54,102 nt of DNA from Clostridia bacterium (GTDB lineage Bacteria > Bacillota > Clostridia > Oscillospirales > CAG-272): NCBI GenBank assembly GCA_017463405.1, contig JAFTPJ010000003.1:1-54102 (forward strand), read 5' to 3'. Positions 40,145-49,075 of the stretch are shown one piece after another. A model generated the notes under the pieces. That model was given only the letters and a program-made list of their open reading frames with translations, had not been told where the DNA came from and made no database searches. A program made the translations under genes and the position numbers. Numbering within the stretch: position 1 is the first letter of the stretch; each line of letters begins with the position of its first letter.

Positions 40145-42130
40145 ATGAAATTGATGTCGAAAATCGGGGCATTGCTTCTGTGCATTGCTTCACTTGCGAT
40201 TCTGTTGCCTGCCTGTGCCGAAAAAAACGATCCGTTCGCGGTCACGGGTTTTTCAAGCCTGACGATCGAAAAAAATGAGACAGTGCGTGCAGTCGTCAGC
40301 CTGAATATGGCGGACGCCGAGGCGCATGCGAACGAAAAGGCATATATTTACGAGCTCTTGCCGGGTGAGGATCTGACTGCGCTCCACGGAAAGGTTGCAC
40401 TGAAGGATGCACCGATCGGAACGGAGATGATCTTCGAATTTCCGTTGCGGGACGGTGAACATACGCGCTTGTATTCCTCGTTTGCTGTGTGCTATGAAAA
40501 CGGAAGTCTCTTGCTGGATTCTTCCCGTAAGATCGATAATCCCGAAAAGCTGGCGTCCTGTACCTCAGCATTTCAAGGCAAATATTCGCCCAAGGGCTTG
40601 CTCGTTTCGGATGTGGAGTCTGCAGTATCAATGGGGGTTACACATGCGATGCTGGACGTTGTACTTGCCGAGCTTTGCGGCGGCAGTGGGAGTTCCTATC
40701 GCTTTGACGGAACGGAATATACACTCTCATCCTCTGCAATTAACTTGTTGGATCGCCGTGTCAAGGAGGCGAGCGATGCGGGAATGCAGGTTTCTCTCCG
40801 TTTGATTTTCGATTCGACGCTGACGAAAGAAAAGTCACTTTCATTGCTGGACTTTTTGACGGCGCGGTACGCAGGCGGAGCGCTTGGAACCGTTACTGCG
40901 TTATTTGTGGAAGCGGACGGCGCAAAAAATGCGGGCGAACTTGCCCGACTTGCGAGTGTTGCACTGGTCTCCAATGTGAAAAACGGACGTGTATATGTTG
41001 TTTGCAAGGAGACGACGGTCAGCGGAGCGGAGGCTTTCTTTTTGAATGTGAGTAAGAAGATTGCCGAAGACGGTGAAATTCCCTGGGGCGCGGCGGTGAT
41101 TCCCGCGGTATCCAATGTGCTTCCTTGGGAGACATCGACAAACGACACACTGGACGTGCAGGCACTTTCCTCTTTATACGAAACCTTGCAATCGTACGAC
41201 AGTCATCCGATTTATTTTGCTTTGTGCGACCTGCGCTTTGATGCCTCTGACGGGGACAAGCAGGCGGTTTCCCTTGCGTACGCATATGCAAAGGCGATCG
41301 AGGCGGGCACAGGTCTGGTCTATTACGGTACGCAAAGAGGCAGCAACGGCTTGCTCAACGAAATGGACGAGAAACGCACCTCCGCGGAGATGTTCCGCCG
41401 GCTCGATCTTGGATTGGATGCCGCACAGATATATCTTTGCCAAAGCACTTCTCTTGAGGCATGGGAAACGATCAAGGCCCTTAAGCCCTCCCGCACGAAG
41501 GTGAGCGGATACGCAAGCGCGGGCTTCGGTGCGGGAGAACAGGAGCCACTCTTTGATTTTACCGGCGGAAGCACCCTCGGCTTTTCCGCTGTCGGCGGAG
41601 CGGCAGAGCCCGAGAGCCGTCCGTCTGCCGCTTGGGGAACGCCGGTGCTCTATACATGGCTGCATGCGGCACAAGGAGAAACGGGAGTTCGCAAGCTGAT
41701 GGCGAACAGCTCGGAGCTGGACGGGGCGTCGGCATTGAGCCTTCAGCTTCTGGCACAGTACAATCGGGCAGAGCGTTGCTCGATTACCCTGCGGCTGGTG
41801 GGATGCGATACGCAGGGATCGACGGTGTCCTACGAATCGGTCGGAAGCTTTGACGGAAGAAAATGGCAGACTGTAACCTTTGATATTTCCGAATTTGTGG
41901 CAAACGCGGATCTTTCACAGCCGTGTGCGCTTACGGTTCTGTGTGAGCCGGGCAGTGATACGGATGAAACTTTTGTTTTGTTTTTGAAGGGCATATACGC
42001 GAATTACCCGCAAGAGAGCTCGAATATGATCCTTCCGATCGTCCTGACCGTGGCGGGTGTTCTGATTGGTTTCCTTTTGATTTTGATCCTGTATCGCCGC
42101 GCTCGCGTCATTGGAAGAAAGAGAGGTTGA
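40145..42130 (+). CDS. Exported protein of unknown function with N-terminal signal/lipobox and C-terminal TM anchor
   Basis: 661-aa ORF. The N-terminus MKLMSKIGALLLCIASLAILLPAC is a signal peptide with a possible lipobox. The C-terminus ILPIVLTVAGVLIGFLLILILYRRARVIGRKRG is a TM helix with a basic stop-transfer. I found no confident family match. The middle region (GVTHAMLDVVLAEL...GMQVSLRLIFDS) could be a GH-like TIM barrel and the C-terminal part a beta-sandwich; both are inference only. Confidence 0.65.
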   Translation: MKLMSKIGALLLCIASLAILLPACAEKNDPFAVTGFSSLTIEKNETVRAVVSLNMADAEAHANEKAYIYELLPGEDLTALHGKVALKDAPIGTEMIFEFPLRDGEHTRLYSSFAVCYENGSLLLDSSRKIDNPEKLASCTSAFQGKYSPKGLLVSDVESAVSMGVTHAMLDVVLAELCGGSGSSYRFDGTEYTLSSSAINLLDRRVKEASDAGMQVSLRLIFDSTLTKEKSLSLLDFLTARYAGGALGTVTALFVEADGAKNAGELARLASVALVSNVKNGRVYVVCKETTVSGAEAFFLNVSKKIAEDGEIPWGAAVIPAVSNVLPWETSTNDTLDVQALSSLYETLQSYDSHPIYFALCDLRFDASDGDKQAVSLAYAYAKAIEAGTGLVYYGTQRGSNGLLNEMDEKRTSAEMFRRLDLGLDAAQIYLCQSTSLEAWETIKALKPSRTKVSGYASAGFGAGEQEPLFDFTGGSTLGFSAVGGAAEPESRPSAAWGTPVLYTWLHAAQGETGVRKLMANSSELDGASALSLQLLAQYNRAERCSITLRLVGCDTQGSTVSYESVGSFDGRKWQTVTFDISEFVANADLSQPCALTVLCEPGSDTDETFVLFLKGIYANYPQESSNMILPIVLTVAGVLIGFLLILILYRRARVIGRKRG

Positions 42131-42132
42131 GT

Positions 42133-43149
42133 ATGTCTCTAAACGTTAGATATGAGCACCGTTTCTCGCAGGACGTCTCCTTTTTGCAGGGTGTGGCAAA
42201 CATTCAATGCCTGCCACACCTGCACCATGAGCTGGAGATGATTTGCCTGCTGGAGGGTAGTGTTGTGGCATACGCCGATTCCGTACGCTGTGAAATACAC
42301 GCGGGAGATATTTTTCTCTCGTTCCCGAATCAAATCCATTATTATGAGGGGGATCCGTTCGAGCGACACGTGGGCTTTATTTTCAAGCCCGATTTGATTC
42401 CCGAGATGATGGAGACCTTTACCATGGGTCTTCCGCAATCTCCAGTGATCCGCGGTGCGGCAAACGATCCGCGTGTGCGTACTCTGATCGATTCGCTGTT
42501 CGGAACCTACGACCGTGAGGATTATCCGCACATCTCGGAGCTTCGTCGCGGGTATCTGTTGGCACTTTGCGCCGAACTGCTTCCGCGCATGACCATTGTC
42601 AAACTACCGGTCGGTGATTCGGAATCTTTGCGTGCCATCGTTTCCTTCTGCAGTCGTAATTACGCGGAAAATCTTTCCCTTTCCCTGCTGGAGGAAAAAT
42701 TGCATTTGAATAAGTTTTATATTTCGCACCTTCTCAGCGGAAAGCTGGGATTGCATTTTAACGATTACGTCAACTCCTTGCGCGTATCTGAAGCATGCCG
42801 TTATTTATCAAATTCCGATTACAGCATCACCGAAATCGGCTCGCGCGTGGGCTTCAATACGCCGCGTACCTTCAATCGGGCGTTTATCAAGCAGATGGGG
42901 GTCTCTCCCACCGAATACCGAAAGATGCGCCAATCGGGCAAACAGTCGGGCGGGTACGTACCGAATCCTCTTGCAGCATCGGAGGCGTACGGCGATACGG
43001 AGTACTGTGATTCGGATGGGAGTGCGGATCTGGATTTCGGATGTACAGATCCGGATAACGGCGGCTCTGTCATCGATGGTTGCTCCGAGATCTGCGGTTG
43101 TTCCGCAATTGACGGGGACTTCGAAATCGATTTTTACTCCGGTTTTTAA
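42133..43149 (+). CDS. AraC family transcriptional regulator with a 66-aa acidic, Cys-rich C-terminal tail
   Basis: The ORF track gives 42127..43149 (TTG). I prefer ATG 42133, 2 nt after the upstream TGA. The N-domain is cupin-like (HHELEMICLLEGSVVAY). The HTH is LHLNKFYISHLLSGKLGLHFNDYVNSLRVSEACRYL...IGSRVGFNTPRTFNRAFIKQMGVSPTEYRK. The tail (nt 42949-43146) is GGYVPNPLAASEAYGDTEYCDSDGSADLDFGCTDPDNGGSVIDGCSEICGCSAIDGDFEIDFYSGF. Confidence 0.8.
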   Translation: MSLNVRYEHRFSQDVSFLQGVANIQCLPHLHHELEMICLLEGSVVAYADSVRCEIHAGDIFLSFPNQIHYYEGDPFERHVGFIFKPDLIPEMMETFTMGLPQSPVIRGAANDPRVRTLIDSLFGTYDREDYPHISELRRGYLLALCAELLPRMTIVKLPVGDSESLRAIVSFCSRNYAENLSLSLLEEKLHLNKFYISHLLSGKLGLHFNDYVNSLRVSEACRYLSNSDYSITEIGSRVGFNTPRTFNRAFIKQMGVSPTEYRKMRQSGKQSGGYVPNPLAASEAYGDTEYCDSDGSADLDFGCTDPDNGGSVIDGCSEICGCSAIDGDFEIDFYSGF

Positions 43150-43218
43150 TGTATGTCGTACATGTCCTGCAAAAATATCATAAAAAAGCAACTATTGTCT
43201 AATACGGAGGTTGATTCA

Positions 43219-44460
43219 ATGAGTCAGATCAAGGATATTGCGCTCGCTCCGTCGGGCGCGGATAAAATTGCCTGGGTGGCATCCTATATGCCGATCCTGA
43301 ACTCTATCAAGGCGGAGTTCGAACATACGAAGCCCTTCGCGGGAAAGAGGATCGCGATGTCGATTCATTTGGAGGCGAAGACGGCGTATCTTGCCAAAAT
43401 CCTGCGTGCCGGTGGCGCCGAGGTTTGGGTGACGGGATGTAATCCCCTCTCAACGCAGGATGATGTTGCGGCAGCGTTGGTTGCCGAGGGTTTTGAGGTG
43501 CACGCGCGCCACGGCGTCAGCGATGCGGAATATCGCGAGCACCTAATCGCTACGCTTTCCTGTGTTCCGGATCTTATCATCGACGATGGCGGAGATCTGA
43601 TTTCTCTTCTCCACGGGGAATGCCGTGCGCTTGGTAGGAATCTCATCGGCGGCTGTGAGGAAACCACGACAGGTATCCATCGCCTGCTCGCGCGGGAAAA
43701 AGCGGGTCTCTTGGATTATACGATGATCGATGTCAATGATGCCGATTGCAAGCATCTGTTTGATAACAGATACGGTACGGGACAGTCCACACTTGACGGA
43801 ATTATGAACAGCACGAACCTGATTATTGCCGGAAAAACGGTTGTTGTCGCCGGCTATGGCTGGTGCGGCAAGGGGCTTGCCATGCGCGCCAAAGGAATGG
43901 GCGCTGTGGTTGTTGTCACCGAGGTGGATCCCATCAAGGCAATTGAGGCGGTGATGGATGGATTTACAGTGCTTCCGATGGATGAAGCGGCAAGAATCGG
44001 AGATCTGTTCGTTACCCTCACGGGTTGCGCGGACGTGCTTGTGAAGCGCCATTTTGAGGTGATGAAGGACGGTGTTCTTCTTTCCAATAGCGGACACTTT
44101 GACGTGGAGATCAATAAGCACGATCTAGAGGCACTTTCCACTGAAAGCTGGGAGCGCAAGCCGAATATCCGCGGTTACCGCATGGCGGACGGTAGAATTC
44201 TGAACCTGCTTGCAGAGGGGCGTTTGGTCAATCTTGCGGCGGGAAACGGCCACCCTGCGGAGATTATGGATATGTCCTTCGGTATACAGGCAAAGAGTCT
44301 TGCATACCTTGCCGCAAACGGCGCGTTGCTGGACAAGCGTGTTTATGCAGTGCCTGCAGAAATTGACCGTGAGGTCGCCGATATTAAGCTTCGTTCTATG
44401 AATGTTTCCATTGATATTCTCACTGCCGAGCAGGAGGAATATCTCTCGCGCGTTGAATAA
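43219..44460 (+). CDS. ahcY: Adenosylhomocysteinase
   Basis: The ORF track gives 43153..44460. I prefer ATG 43219 (MSQIKDIALA...), 8 nt after GGAGG, giving 413 aa. Motifs: HLEAKTAYLAKIL, CNPLSTQDDVAAAL and the NAD-binding VVAGYGWCGKG. Confidence 0.93.
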   Translation: MSQIKDIALAPSGADKIAWVASYMPILNSIKAEFEHTKPFAGKRIAMSIHLEAKTAYLAKILRAGGAEVWVTGCNPLSTQDDVAAALVAEGFEVHARHGVSDAEYREHLIATLSCVPDLIIDDGGDLISLLHGECRALGRNLIGGCEETTTGIHRLLAREKAGLLDYTMIDVNDADCKHLFDNRYGTGQSTLDGIMNSTNLIIAGKTVVVAGYGWCGKGLAMRAKGMGAVVVVTEVDPIKAIEAVMDGFTVLPMDEAARIGDLFVTLTGCADVLVKRHFEVMKDGVLLSNSGHFDVEINKHDLEALSTESWERKPNIRGYRMADGRILNLLAEGRLVNLAAGNGHPAEIMDMSFGIQAKSLAYLAANGALLDKRVYAVPAEIDREVADIKLRSMNVSIDILTAEQEEYLSRVE

Positions 44461-44514
44461 AATATCGCAAGATATGACCGTTTACAAATTGTAAAACACA
44501 GAGGTATCATCCTT

Positions 44515-46440
44515 ATGACCGAATCATTAGATAACCGTAACACACACACCTGCAAAATAGCAGTGGTCGGCGCGGGACATGCCGGAATCGAGGCGGCGTT
44601 GGCATCTGCTAGGATGGGGGTGGATACGGTTCTGTTTACTATGTCCTTTGAGTCCATCGCAAACCTTCCCTGCAATCCCTCCATCGGCGGAACAGCGAAG
44701 GGACATCTTGTATATGAGATCGACGCGCTCGGTGGTGAGATGGGACGCGCTGCGGATCTTGTAACCTTACAATCTCGTACGCTCAATCGAGGAAAGGGCG
44801 TTGCGGTACAAAGCAAGCGCATTCAGGCAGATCGCAAAAAATATCAGTCCATCATGAAGAGAACGCTTGAGGCAACACCCAATCTACGTTTGATTCAGGC
44901 TGAAATAACAGCAATAAATGTCTTTCGTAATAGCATAAAATGTGAGAATGACAGGGATTATGGAACAAAATATGTCTCATCGGTAACAACACGGCTCGGG
45001 GAGATATGGGAGTGTGAATGCGTTATTATTGCAACCGGAACATATCTCGAGAGTGAAATTTTCGTCGGCGATGTCAGCTATGAGGCGGGACCGGATGGAT
45101 TCCTGCCTTCTAAAGGATTAGCTTCATCCTTGGAGGAGGCCGGCGTCCGTCTGCTTCGCTTTAAAACGGGGACTCCTGCACGTATCAAACGGGAAAGCAT
45201 TGATTTCTCGCTCCTCGAGGAGCAACCCGGTGAGATGCCGATTCAACCGTATTCCGCCTGCCACGGGGAAACCTTTTTTGAAAATCTTGTGCAGATTCCC
45301 TGCCATATCGTCTACACGAACGCCGAAACGCACCGCATAATCCGCGAAAATATCGCCAGAAGTGCAATGTATTCCGGGAAAATTCACGGAACAGGCCCGC
45401 GTTATTGCCCTTCCATTGAGGATAAGTTGGTTCGATTTGCCGAAAAGGAGCGCCATCAGCTTTTTATAGAACCGATGGGAGCAGACACGTCGGAAATTTA
45501 TCTGCAGGGTTTTTCCACTTCCCTTCCGACCGATGTGCAGATTGCAATGCTGCGAAGTTTAAAGGGCTTTTCGCGTGCAGAAATTATGCGTTACGCATAT
45601 GCGATCGAGTATAACTGTGCAGATCCGTTACAAATGGATGCGACACTGGAATTTAAGCACGTGAAGGGGCTTTTTGGCGCAGGTCAGTTTAACGGAACCT
45701 CGGGATACGAGGAGGCGGCGGCACAAGGATTACTGGCAGGTATCAACGCGGCTCGTAAGGTAAAATCTCTTCCTTCTATTATATTGCCGCGTTCGGGAAG
45801 CTATATCGGCACGTTAATCGACGATCTCGTCACCAAGGGGACGAATGAGCCTTACCGAATGATGACGTCACGCTCGGAATACCGCCTTTTGCTTCGTCAG
45901 GATAACGCTGATTTGCGCTTGACAGAGATCGGATACGAGGCAGGATTGGTGAGCGAGGAACGATATCAGGCGTATTTGAATAAAAAAACAGCACAGGAGC
46001 GAGAAAAAGAAAGATTGGAAGCCACTTTCGTTTCTCCGGTGGCAGCGAATCCCGTCTTGGCAGAGGCTGGCGAAGCACCATTGAAATCAGGAGCATCTCT
46101 GGCGGAGCTTCTGCGTCGTCCATTGATAACATATGAAATCCTTTCAAGAATTGACCCAGAGCGCCCGAAATTAAGTCGGGCGAGTATTCTGACGGTCGAA
46201 GCTGATATCAAATATGCAGGTTATGCCAACCGCCAGCTTTCCGAGGTTCAACACAGAAAAAAACTTGAGGAAAGAGCTTTGCCGGCGGATGTTGACTATA
46301 AAAATGTCCGCGGCTTGCGCTTGGAGGCAGCGCAAAAGCTTTCGGCTGTGCGTCCCCTCACTATCGGACAGGCTTCGCGCATCAGTGGTGTTAATCCTGC
46401 TGATATCACCGTGCTTTTGATATATTTAGGCTTGAAATGA
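44515..46440 (+). CDS. mnmG: tRNA uridine-5-carboxymethylaminomethyl modification enzyme MnmG (GidA)
   Basis: 641-aa ORF. It has the FAD motif VVGAGHAGIEAALASARMG, plus NPSIGGTAKGHLVYEIDALGG and GPRYCPSIEDK. Confidence 0.96.
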   Translation: MTESLDNRNTHTCKIAVVGAGHAGIEAALASARMGVDTVLFTMSFESIANLPCNPSIGGTAKGHLVYEIDALGGEMGRAADLVTLQSRTLNRGKGVAVQSKRIQADRKKYQSIMKRTLEATPNLRLIQAEITAINVFRNSIKCENDRDYGTKYVSSVTTRLGEIWECECVIIATGTYLESEIFVGDVSYEAGPDGFLPSKGLASSLEEAGVRLLRFKTGTPARIKRESIDFSLLEEQPGEMPIQPYSACHGETFFENLVQIPCHIVYTNAETHRIIRENIARSAMYSGKIHGTGPRYCPSIEDKLVRFAEKERHQLFIEPMGADTSEIYLQGFSTSLPTDVQIAMLRSLKGFSRAEIMRYAYAIEYNCADPLQMDATLEFKHVKGLFGAGQFNGTSGYEEAAAQGLLAGINAARKVKSLPSIILPRSGSYIGTLIDDLVTKGTNEPYRMMTSRSEYRLLLRQDNADLRLTEIGYEAGLVSEERYQAYLNKKTAQEREKERLEATFVSPVAANPVLAEAGEAPLKSGASLAELLRRPLITYEILSRIDPERPKLSRASILTVEADIKYAGYANRQLSEVQHRKKLEERALPADVDYKNVRGLRLEAAQKLSAVRPLTIGQASRISGVNPADITVLLIYLGLK

Positions 46441-46449
46441 GGTGAAATC

Positions 46450-47172
46450 ATGGATTTTTCACAATTATTAAGCACTTCCTTTGAAAAAAACGGGTTGCCT
46501 GCGCCAGATACGGCATTGGCGCGGATGTTTGCTTGCTTTACAGAACACTTGCTTGCTGTGAATCAAATTACAAACTTGACGGCGATTCGGGATGTTCCTT
46601 CTGTCATTACAAAGCATTATGTTGACTCACTTTTAATTGCGGATGCTATTCCAACGAATGCACGCGTTCTTGATATCGGTTGCGGTCCCGGTTTTCCATC
46701 AATTCCTTTGGCGATTTTTCGTCCTGATCTGACGATCGTTTCATTGGATAGTACGGCAAAGAAAATTGCTTTCGTGAAGGAAAGTACAAATATTCTGTCT
46801 TTGAACAATCTTACGGCGATTTCCGGACGCGCAGAGGATCGTTCGGTGATGAAAGAACTCGGTTTTTTTGACGTAGTTACCAGCCGTGCAGTTGCAAATT
46901 TGAGCGTTTTGTGCGAGCTTTGCTTGCCGTATCTGAAAATAGGTGGAAAAATGCTCGCCATGAAAGGAGCGAAGATCGAAGACGAGGTTGATGAGCTGCT
47001 TCATGGAAAAGCAATCGGGCTTCTTGGAGGAAGCGAGCCGACTATCCGAACATGGCAGCTGTTCTCGGATAATTCTGCAGAGACGCGCGGAGTTGTCGAG
47101 ATATTCAAAGAGAAAGAATGTGGAAAGCAGTATCCGCGTGCATATGCCGCGATTATAAAATCGCCTCTTTGA
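46450..47172 (+). CDS. rsmG: 16S rRNA (guanine527-N7)-methyltransferase RsmG (GidB)
   Basis: 240-aa ORF. It has NLTAIRD...KHYVDSL and the SAM motif VLDIGCGPGFPSIPLAI. It sits in the canonical position after mnmG. Confidence 0.92.
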   Translation: MDFSQLLSTSFEKNGLPAPDTALARMFACFTEHLLAVNQITNLTAIRDVPSVITKHYVDSLLIADAIPTNARVLDIGCGPGFPSIPLAIFRPDLTIVSLDSTAKKIAFVKESTNILSLNNLTAISGRAEDRSVMKELGFFDVVTSRAVANLSVLCELCLPYLKIGGKMLAMKGAKIEDEVDELLHGKAIGLLGGSEPTIRTWQLFSDNSAETRGVVEIFKEKECGKQYPRAYAAIIKSPL

Positions 47173-47174
47173 AA

Positions 47175-47190
47175 TGTTTCACGTGAAACA
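47175..47190. promoter_or_regulatory. parS site 1 (perfect 16-bp palindrome)
   Basis: TGTTTCACGTGAAACA lies 3 nt after the rsmG stop. It matches the Firmicute parS consensus TGTTNCACGTGAAACA. Confidence 0.85.
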
Positions 47191-47201
47191 TACAAAAAAT
47201 A

Positions 47202-47243
47202 CCCCGGCTGCATCCTTCATATTATGGATTGCTGTCGGGGTTT
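47202..47243 (+). terminator. Possible rsmG terminator hairpin between the two parS sites
   Basis: CCCCGGCTGC (47202-47211) pairs with GCTGTCGGGG (47231-47240), with one mismatch and one G-U pair. TTTGTAATTTT follows. Confidence 0.4.
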
Positions 47244-47284
47244 GTAATTTTAAAATGTTTCACGTGAAACATTTTAAAATTACA
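47243..47284. repeat. 42-bp perfect palindrome centred on parS site 2
   Basis: TGTAATTTTAAAATGTTTCAC|GTGAAACATTTTAAAATTACA. I checked the pairing base by base from 47263/47264 outward to 47243/47284. Confidence 0.9.
47256..47271. promoter_or_regulatory. parS site 2 (perfect 16-bp palindrome)
   Basis: An identical TGTTTCACGTGAAACA lies about 35 bp upstream of the -35 of the parA promoter. Confidence 0.85.
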
Positions 47285-47304
47285 CAAAAATATGATAATA
47301 ATGG

Positions 47305-47333
47305 TTGAAATTGAATTAAAAATGTGGTATAAT
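47305..47333 (+). promoter_or_regulatory. Candidate parAB promoter
   Basis: TTGAAA (47305-47310), 17-nt spacer, TGgTATAAT (TATAAT 47328-47333). Confidence 0.5.
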
Positions 47334-47381
47334 AAATGGGAAGAATGACGAGATGGTCAAAACAAGAAAGGATGTGAAAAT

Positions 47382-48143
47382 ATGGGTAAAATTATTTCGT
47401 TTGCCAATCAAAAGGGTGGCGTTGGAAAAACAACCTCGGCAGTCAACATTGCTGCTTCTCTGGGAGTTCTTGGGTATAAAGTGTTGTTGATTGATTTGGA
47501 CCCGCAGGGAAATGCTACAAGTGGCGTTGGCGTTGTGAAAAAAGCGTTGAAAGTAACGGTTTTTGATTTGCTTACGACAGATGCTACGGTCGACGATGTG
47601 ACAATTAAAACACACTTTGATAATTTGTCTGTGATTCCGACTAATACGACATTGGCTCGCGCTGAATACGAACTTGCCGATGTGGAAAATGGTGAATACG
47701 TAATGAAAAAGAAGTTGGAGGCGGTTCGGGATGCCTATGATTATGTGATTATTGACTGTCCTCCATCACTTGGTATGCTTACTGTGAACGCGATGACCGC
47801 GAGTGACGGTGTTGTGATTCCCATGCAATGCGAATTTTTTGCTTTGGAAGGGCTTTCGCAGCTGATGTTTACGATCAGCCGCATCAAAACGCACTATAAT
47901 AAGGAGCTGAATGTCGCGGGAATTCTCATTACAATGTATAACAATCGTTTAATTCTCTCGATGCAGGTGATCAATGAGTTGCGGAAGCACTATTCTGACA
48001 AACTGTTTGAGACAACTGTTTCGAGAAACGTCAAGCTTTCCGAGGCTCCCAGCTTTGGTTCGCCGGTATATTACCATGATAAACGCTCCAAGGGTTCTAA
48101 TGAGTACATGAATATTGCAAAAGAACTTGCGGAACGCATATGA
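47382..48143 (+). CDS. soj: Chromosome partitioning ATPase ParA/Soj
   Basis: 253-aa ORF. It has the deviant Walker A NQKGGVGKTTSAVN, plus LLIDLDPQGNAT and DYVIIDCPPSLG. Confidence 0.93.
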   Translation: MGKIISFANQKGGVGKTTSAVNIAASLGVLGYKVLLIDLDPQGNATSGVGVVKKALKVTVFDLLTTDATVDDVTIKTHFDNLSVIPTNTTLARAEYELADVENGEYVMKKKLEAVRDAYDYVIIDCPPSLGMLTVNAMTASDGVVIPMQCEFFALEGLSQLMFTISRIKTHYNKELNVAGILITMYNNRLILSMQVINELRKHYSDKLFETTVSRNVKLSEAPSFGSPVYYHDKRSKGSNEYMNIAKELAERI

Positions 48144-48153
48144 GGAGGTAGAA

Positions 48154-49053
48154 ATGGCGAAATCAAGAAGTGGTTTGGGACGAGATTTCTATTCGCTTCT
48201 GGATGATAATATCCTTGCGAGCGACAAGACAACTGCGGCGACAAATTTGCGCATTTCGGAGGTTGAACCGCGCAGTGATCAGCCGCGAAAGACCTTTGAA
48301 CACGAATCTTTGGAGCAATTGGCGGATTCGATAGCGCAATTCGGTGTATTGCAGCCGATTATCGTTCGGGAAAATGCACTTTTGGCAGGAACGTATGAGA
48401 TTATAGCAGGAGAACGCCGCTGGAGAGCCGCTAAAATGGCGGGACTCAACGAAATCCCTGCGGTTATTCTTGATGGAGATGATTTGAAGGCTGCACAAAT
48501 TGCAGTGATTGAAAATGTCCAGCGTGAAGATTTGAATCCCGTAGAAGAAGCGCTGGCGTATGATGCGCTGATTGAGCGCTTTGGCTTGACACAGGAGCAG
48601 GTTGCGAAGCAGGTCGGCAAGAGCCGCACTGCAATCACGAATAATCTTCGCCTTTTGGAGCTTCCGGACGCGGTTCTGGAGTTTTTGCGCGCAGGTGATC
48701 TAGCTGCAGGGCATGCCAGGGCGCTTTTGGGTCTGAATAAAGAGGAACAAATGGTGTCTCTGGCGCAAAAAATCATTGAAAAGGGTCTTTCTGTGCGTGA
48801 TGTGGAGCGTACAGTGCGCCTAATGAACTATGAGCCGGATGAGCTGGATGATACCGAGCAGACCGCGCTGACACAAAGAAAGGCGTATATGCGCGATCTG
48901 GAGCACAGGGCGGTAACTGTGCTCGGCAGACGTGTGAAGATTCTGAAAACCGGCAAAAAGAAGGTGGTTGAGCTTGCTTATAGTGACGATGAGGATCTGG
49001 AGACGTTGCTCAAGGCAATATGCGGAGAAAAATTCTTCGATATGAACGATTAA
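48154..49053 (+). CDS. spo0J: Chromosome partitioning protein ParB/Spo0J
   Basis: The ORF track gives 48115..49053. I prefer ATG 48154 (MAKSRSGLGRDF), after AGGAGG, giving 299 aa. It has the ParB box IIAGERRWRAAKMAGL and the HTH TQEQVAKQVGKSRTAITNNLRLLEL. Confidence 0.93.
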   Translation: MAKSRSGLGRDFYSLLDDNILASDKTTAATNLRISEVEPRSDQPRKTFEHESLEQLADSIAQFGVLQPIIVRENALLAGTYEIIAGERRWRAAKMAGLNEIPAVILDGDDLKAAQIAVIENVQREDLNPVEEALAYDALIERFGLTQEQVAKQVGKSRTAITNNLRLLELPDAVLEFLRAGDLAAGHARALLGLNKEEQMVSLAQKIIEKGLSVRDVERTVRLMNYEPDELDDTEQTALTQRKAYMRDLEHRAVTVLGRRVKILKTGKKKVVELAYSDDEDLETLLKAICGEKFFDMND

Positions 49054-49075
49054 ATACCATAAACAGGAGAAAATT

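Noticed and set aside
43017-43046. An inverted repeat CGGATCTG...CAGATCCG and a GGTTGCTCCG/GGTTGTTCCG direct repeat inside the AraC tail coding region, possibly a hairpin or terminator.
   Set aside because: They lie inside an open reading frame that continues to a stop at 43147-43149. No T-run follows. The direct repeat simply encodes the repeated GCS peptide.
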